Below are positions 1 to 11,700 of a stretch of DNA of 64,000 bases, piece by piece. Position numbers and translations under genes: made by a program. The notes below the pieces were generated by a model. That model had not been told where the DNA came from, ran no database searches, and saw nothing but the letters and a program-made list of their open reading frames with translations. How positions within the stretch are numbered: position 1 is the stretch's first letter; each line of letters opens with the position of its first letter. The DNA is from a virus: positions 17,388 through 81,387 of IMG/VR virus record IMGVR_UViG_3300036827_000193, one strand, 5' to 3'.

Positions 1-1033
1 GGTTGGCCTTGTCGACCGCGCCCTGTGCGGTGTCGAGCAGGCCGAGACGCTCGGCGCCGGCGCCGGCGCCAAGGAGGCCGCCGAACCACATCTTGAGCTT
101 GCCGATGAGGCCGGCCTGGTCGGAGGCGGCGATGGTGCGCGATCCCGCGGCGCGCAGATCCTTCACGGTCGCCTGGGCGCGCTCCGGCGCGACCTCGCGC
201 GGGGCGGCGGTGTCCATGGCCTCGATCGTCGCCGGGTCGAGCTCGCCGTTGACCGGCAGCCCCTCATGGGCCTGGAATGCGGCCGTGGCGCCCTTGGCGC
301 GGGTGTCCATCTCGTCGGTCGGCATGCCGACCTCGGCGTAGCCGAGCTTGCGCAGCTTCTCCTGCGCCGCCGCAACGACCGGCTTGGGCTGGGCCGCCGG
401 CGCCGATGTCGGCGCCGTGGCCGCCGCCGCGAGCTTGCGGCTCCAGCGCGCCCATGCGGCGCGCAGCTTGACGTCGTACTGGTTGGCGGCATAGCCGGCG
501 CCATTGTACTTGCGTGCCGCCGTCGACCATTCGTGCTTGTTGAGCGCGTCGGCGACGCCGGAATGCTTGAGCTCGCGCACCATGCAGTCGATCTGCGCGG
601 CAACGCCGCCATCGACCATGTGGTCGATCATGGCGATGGCGTTGGCGAAGCCGAGTTCTTCGGCGAGGTTGCCCATGGTCTGCCCGATGCCCCACGAGCA
701 CGACCGATCGGCGCATTCCTCGTCGACGCCGCGCGCCCGGGCGATCAGGTCAAGGCGCATCGCGGAGGTGCGCTCGTCCTTGTACTGCGTCGCCTTCGAC
801 CAGTGCGGGATGGCGAGGCCCTTGGCGCAGGCAATGGCGAGCTTGGCCTTCGAGCGCTTTGATAATTCGCGGTAGAAGATATGCCGCTCGAACAGGAACG
901 CCGGCGTGCGGCCGTCCTGCTCGAAGGTCTTGCCGCCGGTTTCGACCTCGGCGATGGCAAGCAGCGCCGCCGGCTCGATCGCATTGGCGGTGGCCGCAGC
1001 CGTCAGGTCGCGGATCAGGCTTTCGGAAAACAT
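1..1033 (-). CDS. Endolysin, N-acetylmuramidase (DUF3380-like) with peptidoglycan-binding domain; 3' end runs off the window
   Basis: Manual translation from ATG 1033: MFSESLIRDL..AALLAIAEVETGG..FLFERHIFY..SWGIGQTMG..ARKYNGAGY..KLGY..AFQAHEGLPVNGELDPAT; absent from the ORF track because it has no stop in the window. Confidence 0.85.
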   Translation of the reverse strand, partial: MFSESLIRDLTAAATANAIEPAALLAIAEVETGGKTFEQDGRTPAFLFERHIFYRELSKRSKAKLAIACAKGLAIPHWSKATQYKDERTSAMRLDLIARARGVDEECADRSCSWGIGQTMGNLAEELGFANAIAMIDHMVDGGVAAQIDCMVRELKHSGVADALNKHEWSTAARKYNGAGYAANQYDVKLRAAWARWSRKLAAAATAPTSAPAAQPKPVVAAAQEKLRKLGYAEVGMPTDEMDTRAKGATAAFQAHEGLPVNGELDPATIEAMDTAAPREVAPERAQATVKDLRAAGSRTIAASDQAGLIGKLKMWFGGLLGAGAGAERLGLLDTAQGAVDKAN

Positions 1034-1049
1034 GGATACCCTCTTGTGT

Positions 1050-1355
1050 TCAGGATCGGTCGCCGTTGACGGCGCGCATCAGGTCTGGCGCCAGCTCGGC
1101 AGCGACCAGAACGGCCCGGCATATCTCGCCGCCGTCGCCCATCATGACGATGGCGCGCCGATCCATGAGGCGCACGATGACGACGGTGCGGTATTCAAAC
1201 TCGGTCGGTGGCGGCTGCGCATTGACCCAGGCGACGGCGCGCGCCGCCTCGATGGGCGAAAGCTGATCGAGCGTGTCGGCATGGCGGTCGTGCACGAACG
1301 GCAGCAGCGCCGACAGCAGCGGCACACACACGACTGCGGGCGGCGGCGGCGTCAT
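1050..1355 (-). CDS. Hypothetical protein
   Basis: Start overlaps the stop of the upstream gene; co-oriented. Confidence 0.55.
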   Translation of the reverse strand: MTPPPPAVVCVPLLSALLPFVHDRHADTLDQLSPIEAARAVAWVNAQPPPTEFEYRTVVIVRLMDRRAIVMMGDGGEICRAVLVAAELAPDLMRAVNGDRS

Positions 1356-1867
1356 CGCCCGATCGCTGCGCCGACCACCCGCGCCTGCATGTGCGGATCG
1401 TTGGCGATCTGGATATGGCCGTAGCCGGGAGATGGGACGTTGCGGGCGCCGGTGATCTCGCCGCCAAGCACGCCGACGAAATTGGTTGACCGCACCCCGC
1501 GCGAGGCCACTGCGCCATTGCGCGGCGGATCGATGCTCACGGCGCGCACGTTGCGCACCCCGCAGGCGCGCGCGGCATCGGCGGCGCGTGTGGCGGCCGG
1601 GCCGCCCAGCGAATGGCCGATGAACACGATGGTGTCGTCGCGATGGCGGCAGGCGTCGGCCGCGAACGATCCTTCCTGCGTCCAGCTTCCGATGGTGACG
1701 ATGGCGCCGCGGGCGCGCAGCCGTGCGCCGAGGCTTGGCATTGCGGCCGGCGCGAACACCCAGCCGAGCAAACCATTCATCAGGTAGGCCCGGGTCGCGG
1801 CGTGGGCCTCGCTCGACAACAGCATGATGAGCACGGCGACGAGCGCCGCGCCGAGGCGCGTTCTCAT
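1352..1867 (-). CDS. Secreted small alpha/beta-hydrolase-like protein
   Basis: Signal peptide (AHA cleavage site), GHSLG nucleophile-elbow motif, AGGA SD. Confidence 0.7.
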   Translation of the reverse strand: MRTRLGAALVAVLIMLLSSEAHAATRAYLMNGLLGWVFAPAAMPSLGARLRARGAIVTIGSWTQEGSFAADACRHRDDTIVFIGHSLGGPAATRAADAARACGVRNVRAVSIDPPRNGAVASRGVRSTNFVGVLGGEITGARNVPSPGYGHIQIANDPHMQARVVGAAIGR

Positions 1868-1898
1868 TTTGGGTTGTCCTGTTAGGGGATGGGCGCGC

Positions 1899-2306
1899 TT
1901 AGACGGCGCCGTTCTGCACGTAACAAAACGGCTGGTTGCTGTAGCTCAGGAAGATGATGATGTGCCCGGTCGGATTGCCCCGGTCGAATTTGATCTTGGC
2001 CTGCGGGACCGGGATGCGGGTGCCGATGTCGACGTGATGGCGATGCAACGGCTCGTCGGGCCGGTCATCGGTGACGACCGCGATCAGGCTGCCGTCGGGT
2101 GCGGTCTCGACCTGGTCGGCCCAGTAGCCGTCGGCCTCCCCGCAGCACGACACTGTCGGATTGTCCGGCTGCATCAGCGTCGCGTACCAGTCCCGCACGA
2201 TATCGGACTGATTGCTCCACTGCCCGTAATCGCGCGCCGATGCCGGCGCCAACGCGAACAGGCACAGCACCGCCATGGCGATCAGGTGTCGCATTGTCGT
2301 CTCCAT
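1899..2306 (-). CDS. Secreted Cys-containing hypothetical phage protein
   Basis: Signal peptide, SCCGEADGY motif, C-terminal FCYV; likely start at MRHLIAM. Confidence 0.7.
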   Translation of the reverse strand: METTMRHLIAMAVLCLFALAPASARDYGQWSNQSDIVRDWYATLMQPDNPTVSCCGEADGYWADQVETAPDGSLIAVVTDDRPDEPLHRHHVDIGTRIPVPQAKIKFDRGNPTGHIIIFLSYSNQPFCYVQNGAV

Positions 2307-2349
2307 TGAAGATGATGCCGGGGACTGTTAGCGTCCCGGCTCGATCGAG

Positions 2350-2700
2350 GTGCCCATGGTCAAGACAGCGCTTGCGGCGTTCTTTGCCGCGCTCGTTTCA
2401 ACCGGCGCCCTGGCGCAGGACCAGGCCACGGCGTATTGCCGCGGCATCGGCGCGCGGCCGAACAGCGCCGATGACCGCGAATGCCGGCTGCTGGTGGCGC
2501 AGTTCTATTCCGGCGATCCGTTCTATGCCGCGCTGGCGCGCGCGCAACTGTGGCGGCTGCAACACCGCATGATCGAGCGGCAGCGCGAGCGCGAGGCGCC
2601 ACCCGACTTCTCGCAATACGGCACCACCGCCGCTCCTTCCGCGCAACAGCGCCCGGGGACGAGTTGCGTTGTGGTGGGCAACCTTATCGACTGCGATTGA
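2350..2700 (+). CDS. Secreted hypothetical protein, opposite strand (moron-like)
   Basis: Signal peptide (ALA-Q), four Cys, GAGG upstream; stop abuts the stop of the giant gene. Confidence 0.65.
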   Translation: MPMVKTALAAFFAALVSTGALAQDQATAYCRGIGARPNSADDRECRLLVAQFYSGDPFYAALARAQLWRLQHRMIERQREREAPPDFSQYGTTAAPSAQQRPGTSCVVVGNLIDCD

Positions 2701-5700
2701 TCACATCGCGCCGGCGGGAAGAGCACCGGCCGGAATTGCCGGCAGATGGACCTGCCGGTTGACCTCATTCTTCACCGTCTGGTGGGCTTTTGGCCAATAA
2801 CGGTTGCGCTCGTCCTTGCTGGCCTGGAGCAGGATTGCCTTCTGGTCCTCGTTCGGCAGCCGCGAGAACAGATAGATGTCGGTCGGAACGACGCCGACGT
2901 TTTGCATGTAGCCCGGCTTGAGGCCCAGCGCCTTGCCGCGCTGGTAGGCGTCCTGCAGGGCCTTGCTGTCGTGGTCGCGCTTGGCGATGAGGATGGCGCT
3001 GCGCACCGCCATCTTTTCTTCGGTGCCCTGGGCCTGCTCTTCCGGGCGGCTCGTCGGTGCGACATGCTCGCGGTACAGATAGCTGATGCGGTTCTGGATC
3101 GGCGACTTCTCGACATAGGCCGGTGCCGGGCCGAAGCCCAGCACGCTCATGCCGACGCCCTTGGCCTTGAGCGCATCGAGATATTGTTCCGGGTGCCGGA
3201 TTGCTTCGGCGGCGGACGGGAATGGCTTGCCGGACAACTCGGCCGCATGCTTGGCGCCCGACACCGACATCGGGTTGGTCTGGTCGCCGAAGAAGTGCTT
3301 CACGCCCTGCCAGACCTGCTGGTAGATCGGCGCGTTCTCGTCCCAGATGTTGTAGCCGTAATAATCGCGGTTGGTGAGGAGCTCGTGGAACGGCTCGAAC
3401 ATGAGCTTGTTCCACAGCATCTCGCCGGCGCCCGAGAGCCAGTTGCCGCCGCGCTCCTGCACGTGCTTGAGCAGCATCGGGACTTCGCGAAGGTAGAACA
3501 TGGTCGTGTAGCGGCGCGGCGAGCCATCCGGGTTTTCCCCGCCGGCTCTCGGAAACACATAATCGATACCCTCCGGCTGCTTGCCGGTGAAAAGGTTTGT
3601 CATTATCCCGGCAATGAGGGCGGCGGTGCCGACATAGGCCAGCACGAACGGGATCTTGTTGGTCGCATCACGCGTGACGGCGCGCCCGGCGCTCGGCTTG
3701 AAGGGCGGCAGAAGCCCCGCCGTTCGCGTGCCTGCTTCCAGCGTCGCGCCACCAAACTCGCGCACGAAGCCCAGGTTCCAGCCGAGCGAGAGGAACGAGC
3801 CGATCGCCGCGTCCTTCGTGGTCCGGTTCCAGAACAGCGTGCCGTAGCTCATCTCGCCATAGCGGTTGTCGATCGACTTTGCGATTGCGCGCAGCGCGAT
3901 GCGCCGATTGGTGTCGTCGGCCAAAAGTCCCGGGCGGCGCTTGAGCAGCGATGCCGCCTGATCGAGATAGGCCGCGGCCTTGAGCGCGGGGATCCATTTT
4001 TCGAACAGCGGGGCCTGCAGCACCTCGATCGGCCGGCGCATCGCCGCGGACACCGCCTTGCGCCAGTCCGAAGCGCCGGCCTCGCCACGCAGCACCTTGC
4101 GCCACGCGACCGCCAATTGACGCCTGGCGGCAATCTTCAATTGCTCGGACAGTTGCGGCACAAATCCGCCGTCCGTCATCAGCGCGACGACCGCCTTGTC
4201 CTGTGGCGTTTGCTGCGAGGGCCGCTTTGCCCAAGCCGCGCGGGCCTTGGCGCCCTTGCGGTAGTGGATCATGCCGAGCGTCGGGATCGTGCCGACGCCC
4301 TCTGCGGCAGCCTTGAGCGCCGCCGGCAGGTCGTGGCCCTTGGCGAGATCGTCCCATGCGCGCGCGAGCGAGTTTGCCTGGTCGATGTGCAGCACGTGCA
4401 GCGGGTGGAACGCCGAGAGCGCGAGCTTGATCGGCACCCAGGCATTCTTCAACGCCATCCATCCGCGGAACATCGAGCCGCCGACATGCTCGGCCTGCCA
4501 AAGCCCCTTGGCTTCGACGCCGTTCTGCCACAACTTCTGCACGTCGGGCACGATCACCCATTGCTGGCGATCGGGCGCATTGATGGCGCGCCAGCCGCGG
4601 CGCACCAATTGCTCGCCGCCCTGCTTGCCCTCCCAGGCAAGTCCCATGTCCTTGAGCTGGTAGAGCAGCTCCATGCGCTGGCGCATGTCGACGCCCGACA
4701 GCAGGCGGTGCACCACAATATCGACGGGGTTCGTGAAGCGAAGCTTGAGGCCCGCAGCCAGGCCTTCGGAAATGTAATCGTAGGTCCGCTTCTTCTGGAA
4801 CCAGGTCGGCCCGACCTGGGCGCTGCGCGTCTCCGAAAAAGCGCGCCACTCGTCGGGCTGTTCCCAGATGTGCGGGAAATAGTCGTCCACGAATGCTGCG
4901 CGCGAACCGTAGCGCTGCTCCTCGGCCCAGTTGGCATCGAGGATGCGCCGGTAGCGCCGCGCCATGTCGGCTTGCGTTGCGTCGGCCGGCGTATTGTTGC
5001 TCTCGACATCATCGAGAAAGCGGATGCGCTCGGCGTCGCCGCGCTTGTTCCAGTAATTCCACTGGCTCTCGCTTTGGCGGACGACGGCGTCTTTTTCCTG
5101 CGCCTGGCGCGCCTTGTAGCGGGCAAACAGCGGATCGGCCTCGAGCGCGCGGTCGCTGACAAGTTCGGGCTGGAATGCGGAGGTCCAGAAGTCCTTGAAC
5201 ACCTTGATGGTGCGGATCGGGTCGCCCATCGCGCCGAGTGTGTAGTGGCGGCCCTCTTCGGCAAGTCCTGTGCCGGCAAGTTCTGTGCCGGCAAGTTCTG
5301 CGTCGCCAAGCCCTACGCCGTGCGCGGCTCGCGCCGCTTGCGCTCGATCATCTGCTCCGCCGACGCGATCATGTCCTGGCGCAGCAACGTGTCCTGCGGC
5401 AACTTCCGCAGTTCGTGCAAATGATGCTCCCAGGTCGCCAGCGTGTCGAAGGCTCCCGGCGGATCGATCATCTGGAAGTTCGTCTGGGCCATGAACAGTC
5501 CCTCTCGCGGCATGGGCCGCCAATTCAATGTAGGCGCCGAGCCCAAGCTTCTCAATATCGTCGCCGAACGTGCTGTTCGAGCGGTAATCGATGATGCCGG
5601 CGCGGTGCAGCGCTACCGCGACGGCGTGCGGCAGCAGCGCGTTGGCGGTATCGCGATCGATTCGCCCCGACAACAACGCCGTGTTGATGATGTCGTAGAG

Positions 5701-8700
5701 CTTGTTCTGGACCGCCTCGTGGGCGGCGTAGAGGTATTTCGCCGCCGTAACCGGATCGAAGCGGCGCAGCGCTGCGCGTGCTGACGGTGTCAGTTCGGCG
5801 CGCGCGACATGGCCGCCATGGCCGTGCGCCCAGACCGCATGCAGGCCGGGCAGTCCGAGAAACCCGATATCGGGGCCGCTCAAGGTGCCATCGCGCGGGT
5901 GATTGTGGTGGATGACGATCGCGTTACGCGGATCGCTCGCGATCGCGAAGAGCTTGAGGTCTTGACCGGTGTTGCCAGGACCGCCGCGGGTGTGCGCCAC
6001 GACCTTGCCGTTCTGGTCGACCGCGACAAGATGTTCCAAGCCGGTAGCGATGCCCTGCCTGAGGACGTGGCGCTGTGCCCAGTCGCCGGCGAGCATGTGC
6101 TGGGGGATGGCGATCGGGCCGAGATCGTGCGCCGTGACCTTTGCGGGCTTGGTCTCGCCGGGCTGGAACAGGGCGAAGCCCTGCCCGGTTGCGGCCTGGC
6201 GCAGCGCTGGGGCGATGTCCAGGGTGTGGACGGTGTGCCCCGGATATTTGCTTTTATCCTGCTCCAGAACCAACCCGCGACTTAGATCATTTTGGAAATC
6301 GGCCGGTACTGTTGGCAATTTCCCTTGCCCGACTTTGCCGCCGTACTTCTTGACCAGCTTGTTCGCGGTCTTGGGCAGGATGTCGTCGTAGAAGCCGCGC
6401 ATGCCTTCGCCGCCGACCTTGAGGTCGAGGCCCGAGAGCGTCCTTCGGCCTTTGTCGGTGCCATAAAATCCCGAAGGCTTGCCCTCGCCGGCAGCGATGC
6501 GCGCCGCAACGTCCTTGCCGACGTGGTCGGGCAAGTCCTTTTCCGGAACGCCTTCTGCAATGCGGGTGTTGTCACTACGGCCCTTGAGACGAGCATCGAT
6601 CGTGTAGTGTCCGTCCGCGCCCTTGATGTAGTGCAGGTCGTCGATCTGCTTGCTCAGGTCGTAGCGATCCGCCTGCACATCTCCCGGCGTCCATGCAATC
6701 TTGTCGTAGCCGTGCTCTGCGGCGTAGCGGATGATCCGCTTCAGCGAGAGTTCGGGCCATGTGGTTTTGAACGGGGCGTCGGGGACGCGGGTTCCTTGTT
6801 CGTAGTCCCCATGGATTTTTGCGGAGCGCTGATAATTGTCGACAGCCTCTGCCCGCGCCACGTCTACCGTGTCGCCCCAGCCGGGCCGCTCCGAGCCGTC
6901 CGGCAATGCGAACCAGTGCTTGCCATGATCGCCGTCGGTGCGCACAAACTTGAAATCGCTGTCCGTAAACAGTTTTTGCGGCGGCTGCTTGTAGCCCTTT
7001 TTCTTCCCCGCCTGGTGCCAGTCGCTCTGCACTTCCTCGATGAACAGCGTTTTCTTGCCGTCGATGGTGCGGTCGTTGAAACGGATGTGGGCGAGGACGT
7101 TGGGCTCGTCGAAGTGGGGGGAACGGAAATCTTGATTGGCGGAAGGGGGGCGGTATTCGCGGTCAAACTGCGCGTACCTCTCACGCTCAGCGGGGGACAT
7201 GGCAGCCAGCGTATCATCAGTGCCGGTCGTGCCGTATTTACGGCGCATCTCCATCTCGAAGTCATGCCACGCATCGACTTGCGCGTTGCGCGACGCTTCT
7301 TCACCCGGCAACTTCTCCGGCAGCGTCAGCAGCAGCTCGCGGTAGTTCTCGCCGCCCGGCAGTGTGTACTGCCTGTATTGCGTACCGCCGATGTCGCCAC
7401 CGATTTCTCGCGCAAGATCGGCAACCGCGCCCTCAAAGGACTCGTGATCGCCAAGCATGGTGCCGCGGACAAACGCGGCGTATCCGGTCAGCTCTCCGTT
7501 CTTGTCGTGATAAACATCGATGCCCGTCCCCGTCGACCGGCCAGGCAAGGTCAGTTGCGTGGTCGTCCCGCCTTCATCGTTTTCGACTGGCTCGCCTTGT
7601 GTCCAGTCCTCGATGTCTGACGGCGGTTGCGCGTCGCTTTTCTCCACTTCGCGCACTTCGACCTGATGCGCGCGGACGTAATCGTGCACTTCGGCTTTCG
7701 TCACCGCGCCCTTGTGCTCGCGTAGCCAGTGCTCAAGGCCGAGCCATTCGATCTCCTCGGGCTTGACGCCCGGCGCATTCCTGATGGTGCCGAGCCAATG
7801 GTTCGGCGCCGCCTTGTCCTGCTTGACCGCGGCGACGGCGCGCTCCACTGCGGAGTAGAAGGCTGGCGCATGGCCGAAGGCGTCTTCGCTCTCGGCCAAG
7901 GCAAAGCCGTGTCCCGCCGGTCGCGCCTCTATCGTCTCGAACAAGTGGTCATAGGCCGCTCGGATGCCTTGGTCCCGCATCTCGTCGGCGGTTGGATAAG
8001 CACCACCGGCCGTGTCGATGTTGGCAAGGTAGTCGTTGGCTGCGCCTTTGTCGGCAAGCCGATCGACAATATATCGTTCAAATGAACGGGCGGCCTTCTC
8101 GATGGTCGTGTTCCAGTACGGCTTGGCACGAACCTTGTCGAATTTCGCCGCGCGATCCGCAAAGCCGCCTTTTTGCAGACTGGCCTCGACATTCTTCCAC
8201 GCTTGATAGACCTCGTGACGAACCGGGCCACCGTCGCGGCGGCGCTCGCTGATGTATCCGCTGGCCTGATCCTGCCGCGCGAAGTAGTTATCGAGCGCGT
8301 GCAGCCATTCGTGCGCGAGGGAGCCAGGGCCGCCGCCCTTTGTCAGATTGATGACGACTTGGCCCGGCTCGTAGTGGGCCGATGCCGCATCGCGTCCGCC
8401 ATGGCCGCGAGCGCCGAAGGCAAGCCCGAGCTCGCCGTTCAACGACAATGCCTGGGGCGGAACGCCGACGACATCGGCAAGGTCCATCAGCGCGTCAAAG
8501 GCGCGGTTAAGGTCGGCTTGTCGGCGTTGCCCTTCGACATAATTGCCGAACTGAACCCCGCGGAAGCCGAACGCGCCTGAGAACATTTCCGGGGTGACGT
8601 CGCCCTCGCGCAAGGCCTCGCCGCTGCGCGGTCGGTTTTCCGTGCCGCGCATGTTCGGACCCTTGCGCAGTGCGTCGATGGCCGCCTGCAGGTCGTCCCG

Positions 8701-11700
8701 GTTCTCTTGCAGATATTCTCGCGCAGCCTGCGGTGTTTCAAAGCCGGCCTTCAGCCTTATGACCGTGCTGCGTACCTTAAAACCGAGGAATGCGCCCTTG
8801 GTCTCTCGATCGCGATAAATGCCGACATCGGTATATTTGGACCGCTCCCCGGCCCCCTCGGTGGGCTTTTCTGCCAGGTCGTGAGCGATGATCTTTTTCG
8901 CCAGCGCAACCGCGTCCTCTGGATTGTCGCGATAGGTATACGGGTTGGCGGGGTCGTTACTAAATGGATCGCGCGCGCTGCGACGGTCTGGTGATTCCAA
9001 AAACCAGAACGACTTGGATGGCGAATATCGCTGTCCGTTGAGTATCGAATAGTGACCGGAGTTGACCCGGTAACGCGCGGCCCTTGGCAGATCGGCCGGC
9101 GCAATGTCCTCGATCGCTTTCGCCGTCAGCGGCAGAGTTTGCAGTGCGTAGTTTCCACGCGCTGCCTGCTCAAGCTTGGCGACATCGATCTCGCCGTCCA
9201 GGAGCTGGCGAGCGAAGGTGCGCAGCGTCTCCACCTGTTCAGCCCACCGTTTCGCCTTCCCGGCGACCCGCGGCCGGTTCGGGATCATGTCGCGCATGAT
9301 GGCGATGTGCGAAAGCACGCGCGCGTCGACACCGGCGGCGGCCAGCTTTTCGTAGTCTGGCTGCGGAAACGATTTTGACAGCGGCACCGCTGCGACATCG
9401 AACTTCTCGCGCAGCGAATCGCGAAAGCCCGCAAATGTTTCCTTGCGTGCGCCGCCGATCTTCTCGCCGAAATCCTCGACCTTGGCGACCTTCTCAGGGG
9501 CCGATGTTCTTGTTTCCGATTTGGCGCCGGGCGCGGAATCAGAAGGCCCGGCTGCCCGGGCCTGTGCTGCTTCCGTGTCTGCTGGTTTGTCCGCGGGCTC
9601 GGGCGGTTGCGATGTCAAAACGGGTGGCAGCGCCTTGGCGGGCTTTCGCGCCAGGTCGACAAGATCGGTTTGTTTGCTCTCATCGCCGAACAGCCCTTCA
9701 TCCGCCGGCTTCTGTACTGCCTTCGGCTTCAGGCTTCGGTCGGCGGCTCGCTGGGCGCGCTCGGCGTCTGAGATTTGCTCGGCACCAGGGAGGACGTGCT
9801 GCTGTCCTGCGGCTGTTCGCTCTGTGACAGGTTGAGTTCGTTCACCTGATCGCTTTCCGCCTTGGGCGCGTACTTCTCCGCGTCCCGGTCCTGCGCTCGC
9901 GCCAGCGCCAGATGCAACCCCGCCAGCTTGTGCGCGCTGTGCCGCTTCTTCAACGGCAGGTTCGGTGCGCTCTGGCGCAGGCTTTTCGCCATGCCTCGGT
10001 GGGTGTCGCTCGTCAAGCGCATTGAACACTTCCTCTCCGGCAAGGATACCCTCGACTTTGTCCCGGTGCAATTCATCCGCGATCATGTCCTCATCGCGGG
10101 CATATTGCATGATGACCGATTCGAGGGCGTCCAGCGGGTCCTCGCCGCGGTCGAGCATCCGCTCCATAGCGTCAAACCGCAGCGCCTCTGGCACACTATC
10201 GAGTGGGATTTTCTGTTCTTTCAGCGCGGCATCGAAGATCGGGCGCTGGGTTTCGATCTCTTGCTTGCGCCGTGCGTTGTCCTGCCGGACGCTGGTGCCT
10301 TGGGCGCGAAGTTTTTCTTCCGTGGTCTTGTAGGTCGGCCAAGGCGACCCGCGTCCCTCGTCGCGCATCCTTTGTGCGCGGGCGCGATAGGCCTCCTGAT
10401 TCGCGATCATGCCGCCAAATGGCTTGCCGCCGCTTACGGCATCTTTGGCAGCCCGGGCAGGCTTGTGTTCAACAGCGGCTTCGGCGCCGCCGCCAGTCCG
10501 CCCGTCATCGGCTTCGGCAGTGCGTTCCCCGCCGGCGGTGTCACCCCCAGCGCCGGCCCCTGTCGCGGGATGACCGGTTGCGGCGGCTTGAGGCTCGCGC
10601 CCGGTGCCTTCACCGCGAGCGGGCTCTTGGGGCCGAGCAGGTTCTTCAGGCCGTGCAGCTTCAACGCCGCCTTGATCGACAGCTTGCGCGCCCGCGGCAG
10701 TCGCCCGATCAGTTGTGGCGCCTGATGCCGCAGCGCCCAGCCCGCGTTCAGACCCGTCGCGGGCTTCCAGTAGCTCGGTTGTTGCTTCATCGCCGATGTC
10801 CTTCGCGATCTCGTCGCGGCTCATGTGACCGTCTTCGACCAGCGAGCGCACCACGGCCGTGGTGAAGGCATCATCCGGTGGCGCGCCTTCGTTGGCGTGG
10901 ATCTCGGCGGCGCGAACTATATCGGCTGGCCGTACGGTGTCCGGGTCGACGCCGGCGGCGCGCAGCGTGTCCTCGATGGCCTGGTGGTGCTCGGGGCCCG
11001 CTTCGGGGGCGGCTCCAGCCCGTTCGCCGGAAATTGGAGTAGTCTTGGCGGTGGGTTCCGGCTCCGCCCTTACATTATTAGTAGGCGAGCCATGCGCGGT
11101 TCCCGCTTCGGTCCCGGCCGCTTGCATGGCGGGTGCGGTTTCCGGCGGGGTTTCCGGCGGGTTTTCCGCCGCCATCGCCTCGGAGGCCGCAGCCTTGGTG
11201 TTGCCGGTCTTGAGCCAGTCCTTGAACTCGCCGACCGGCATCGCCCGCATGCCGCCGATGTGCTGGGGCTTCTTCGAGCTGGTGCCGAGATAGGCCTGGA
11301 TGGCTTCGGAGGGGCCATCGAACCCGATCATCGCCTTGTGCTGGCGGAACGCGCCGGTCGCCTCGTCCTTCTCGTCGAGCACATAGACGGTCGGACGCTG
11401 CGGGTTTGGTCCCATGAAGACGTCGACGTGCATGCCGTCGGCGCCTTCGGTGCCTTTTACATAGCCATAAGGTACCGAGTGGGTGGTCTGCCACGCCTCA
11501 CCGGTTTCCGGATTGGTACCGCGGCGCACGCCGCCGGCCGGCGCCTCGATCGTGATGTCGAGACCGTTCCAGCGCATGTGGCCGCGTTGGACATTGTTGG
11601 CTTCACCTTGCTCCGGTGAGTGATCCTGGTCGGCGACGGATGCGGCGCGCGCGACGTCATCGGCGGTCTTGACCTCGACCGGCGCCTCGCGCGTGCCTTC

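Noticed and set aside
5260-5305. 15-bp tandem repeat (ELAGT)
   Set aside because: Short in-frame linker duplication with no further signal
2746-5424. Long plus-strand ORFs (e.g. 892 aa here, 714 aa at 16171-18315)
   Set aside because: Antisense shadows of high-GC minus-strand genes with no recognisable motifs
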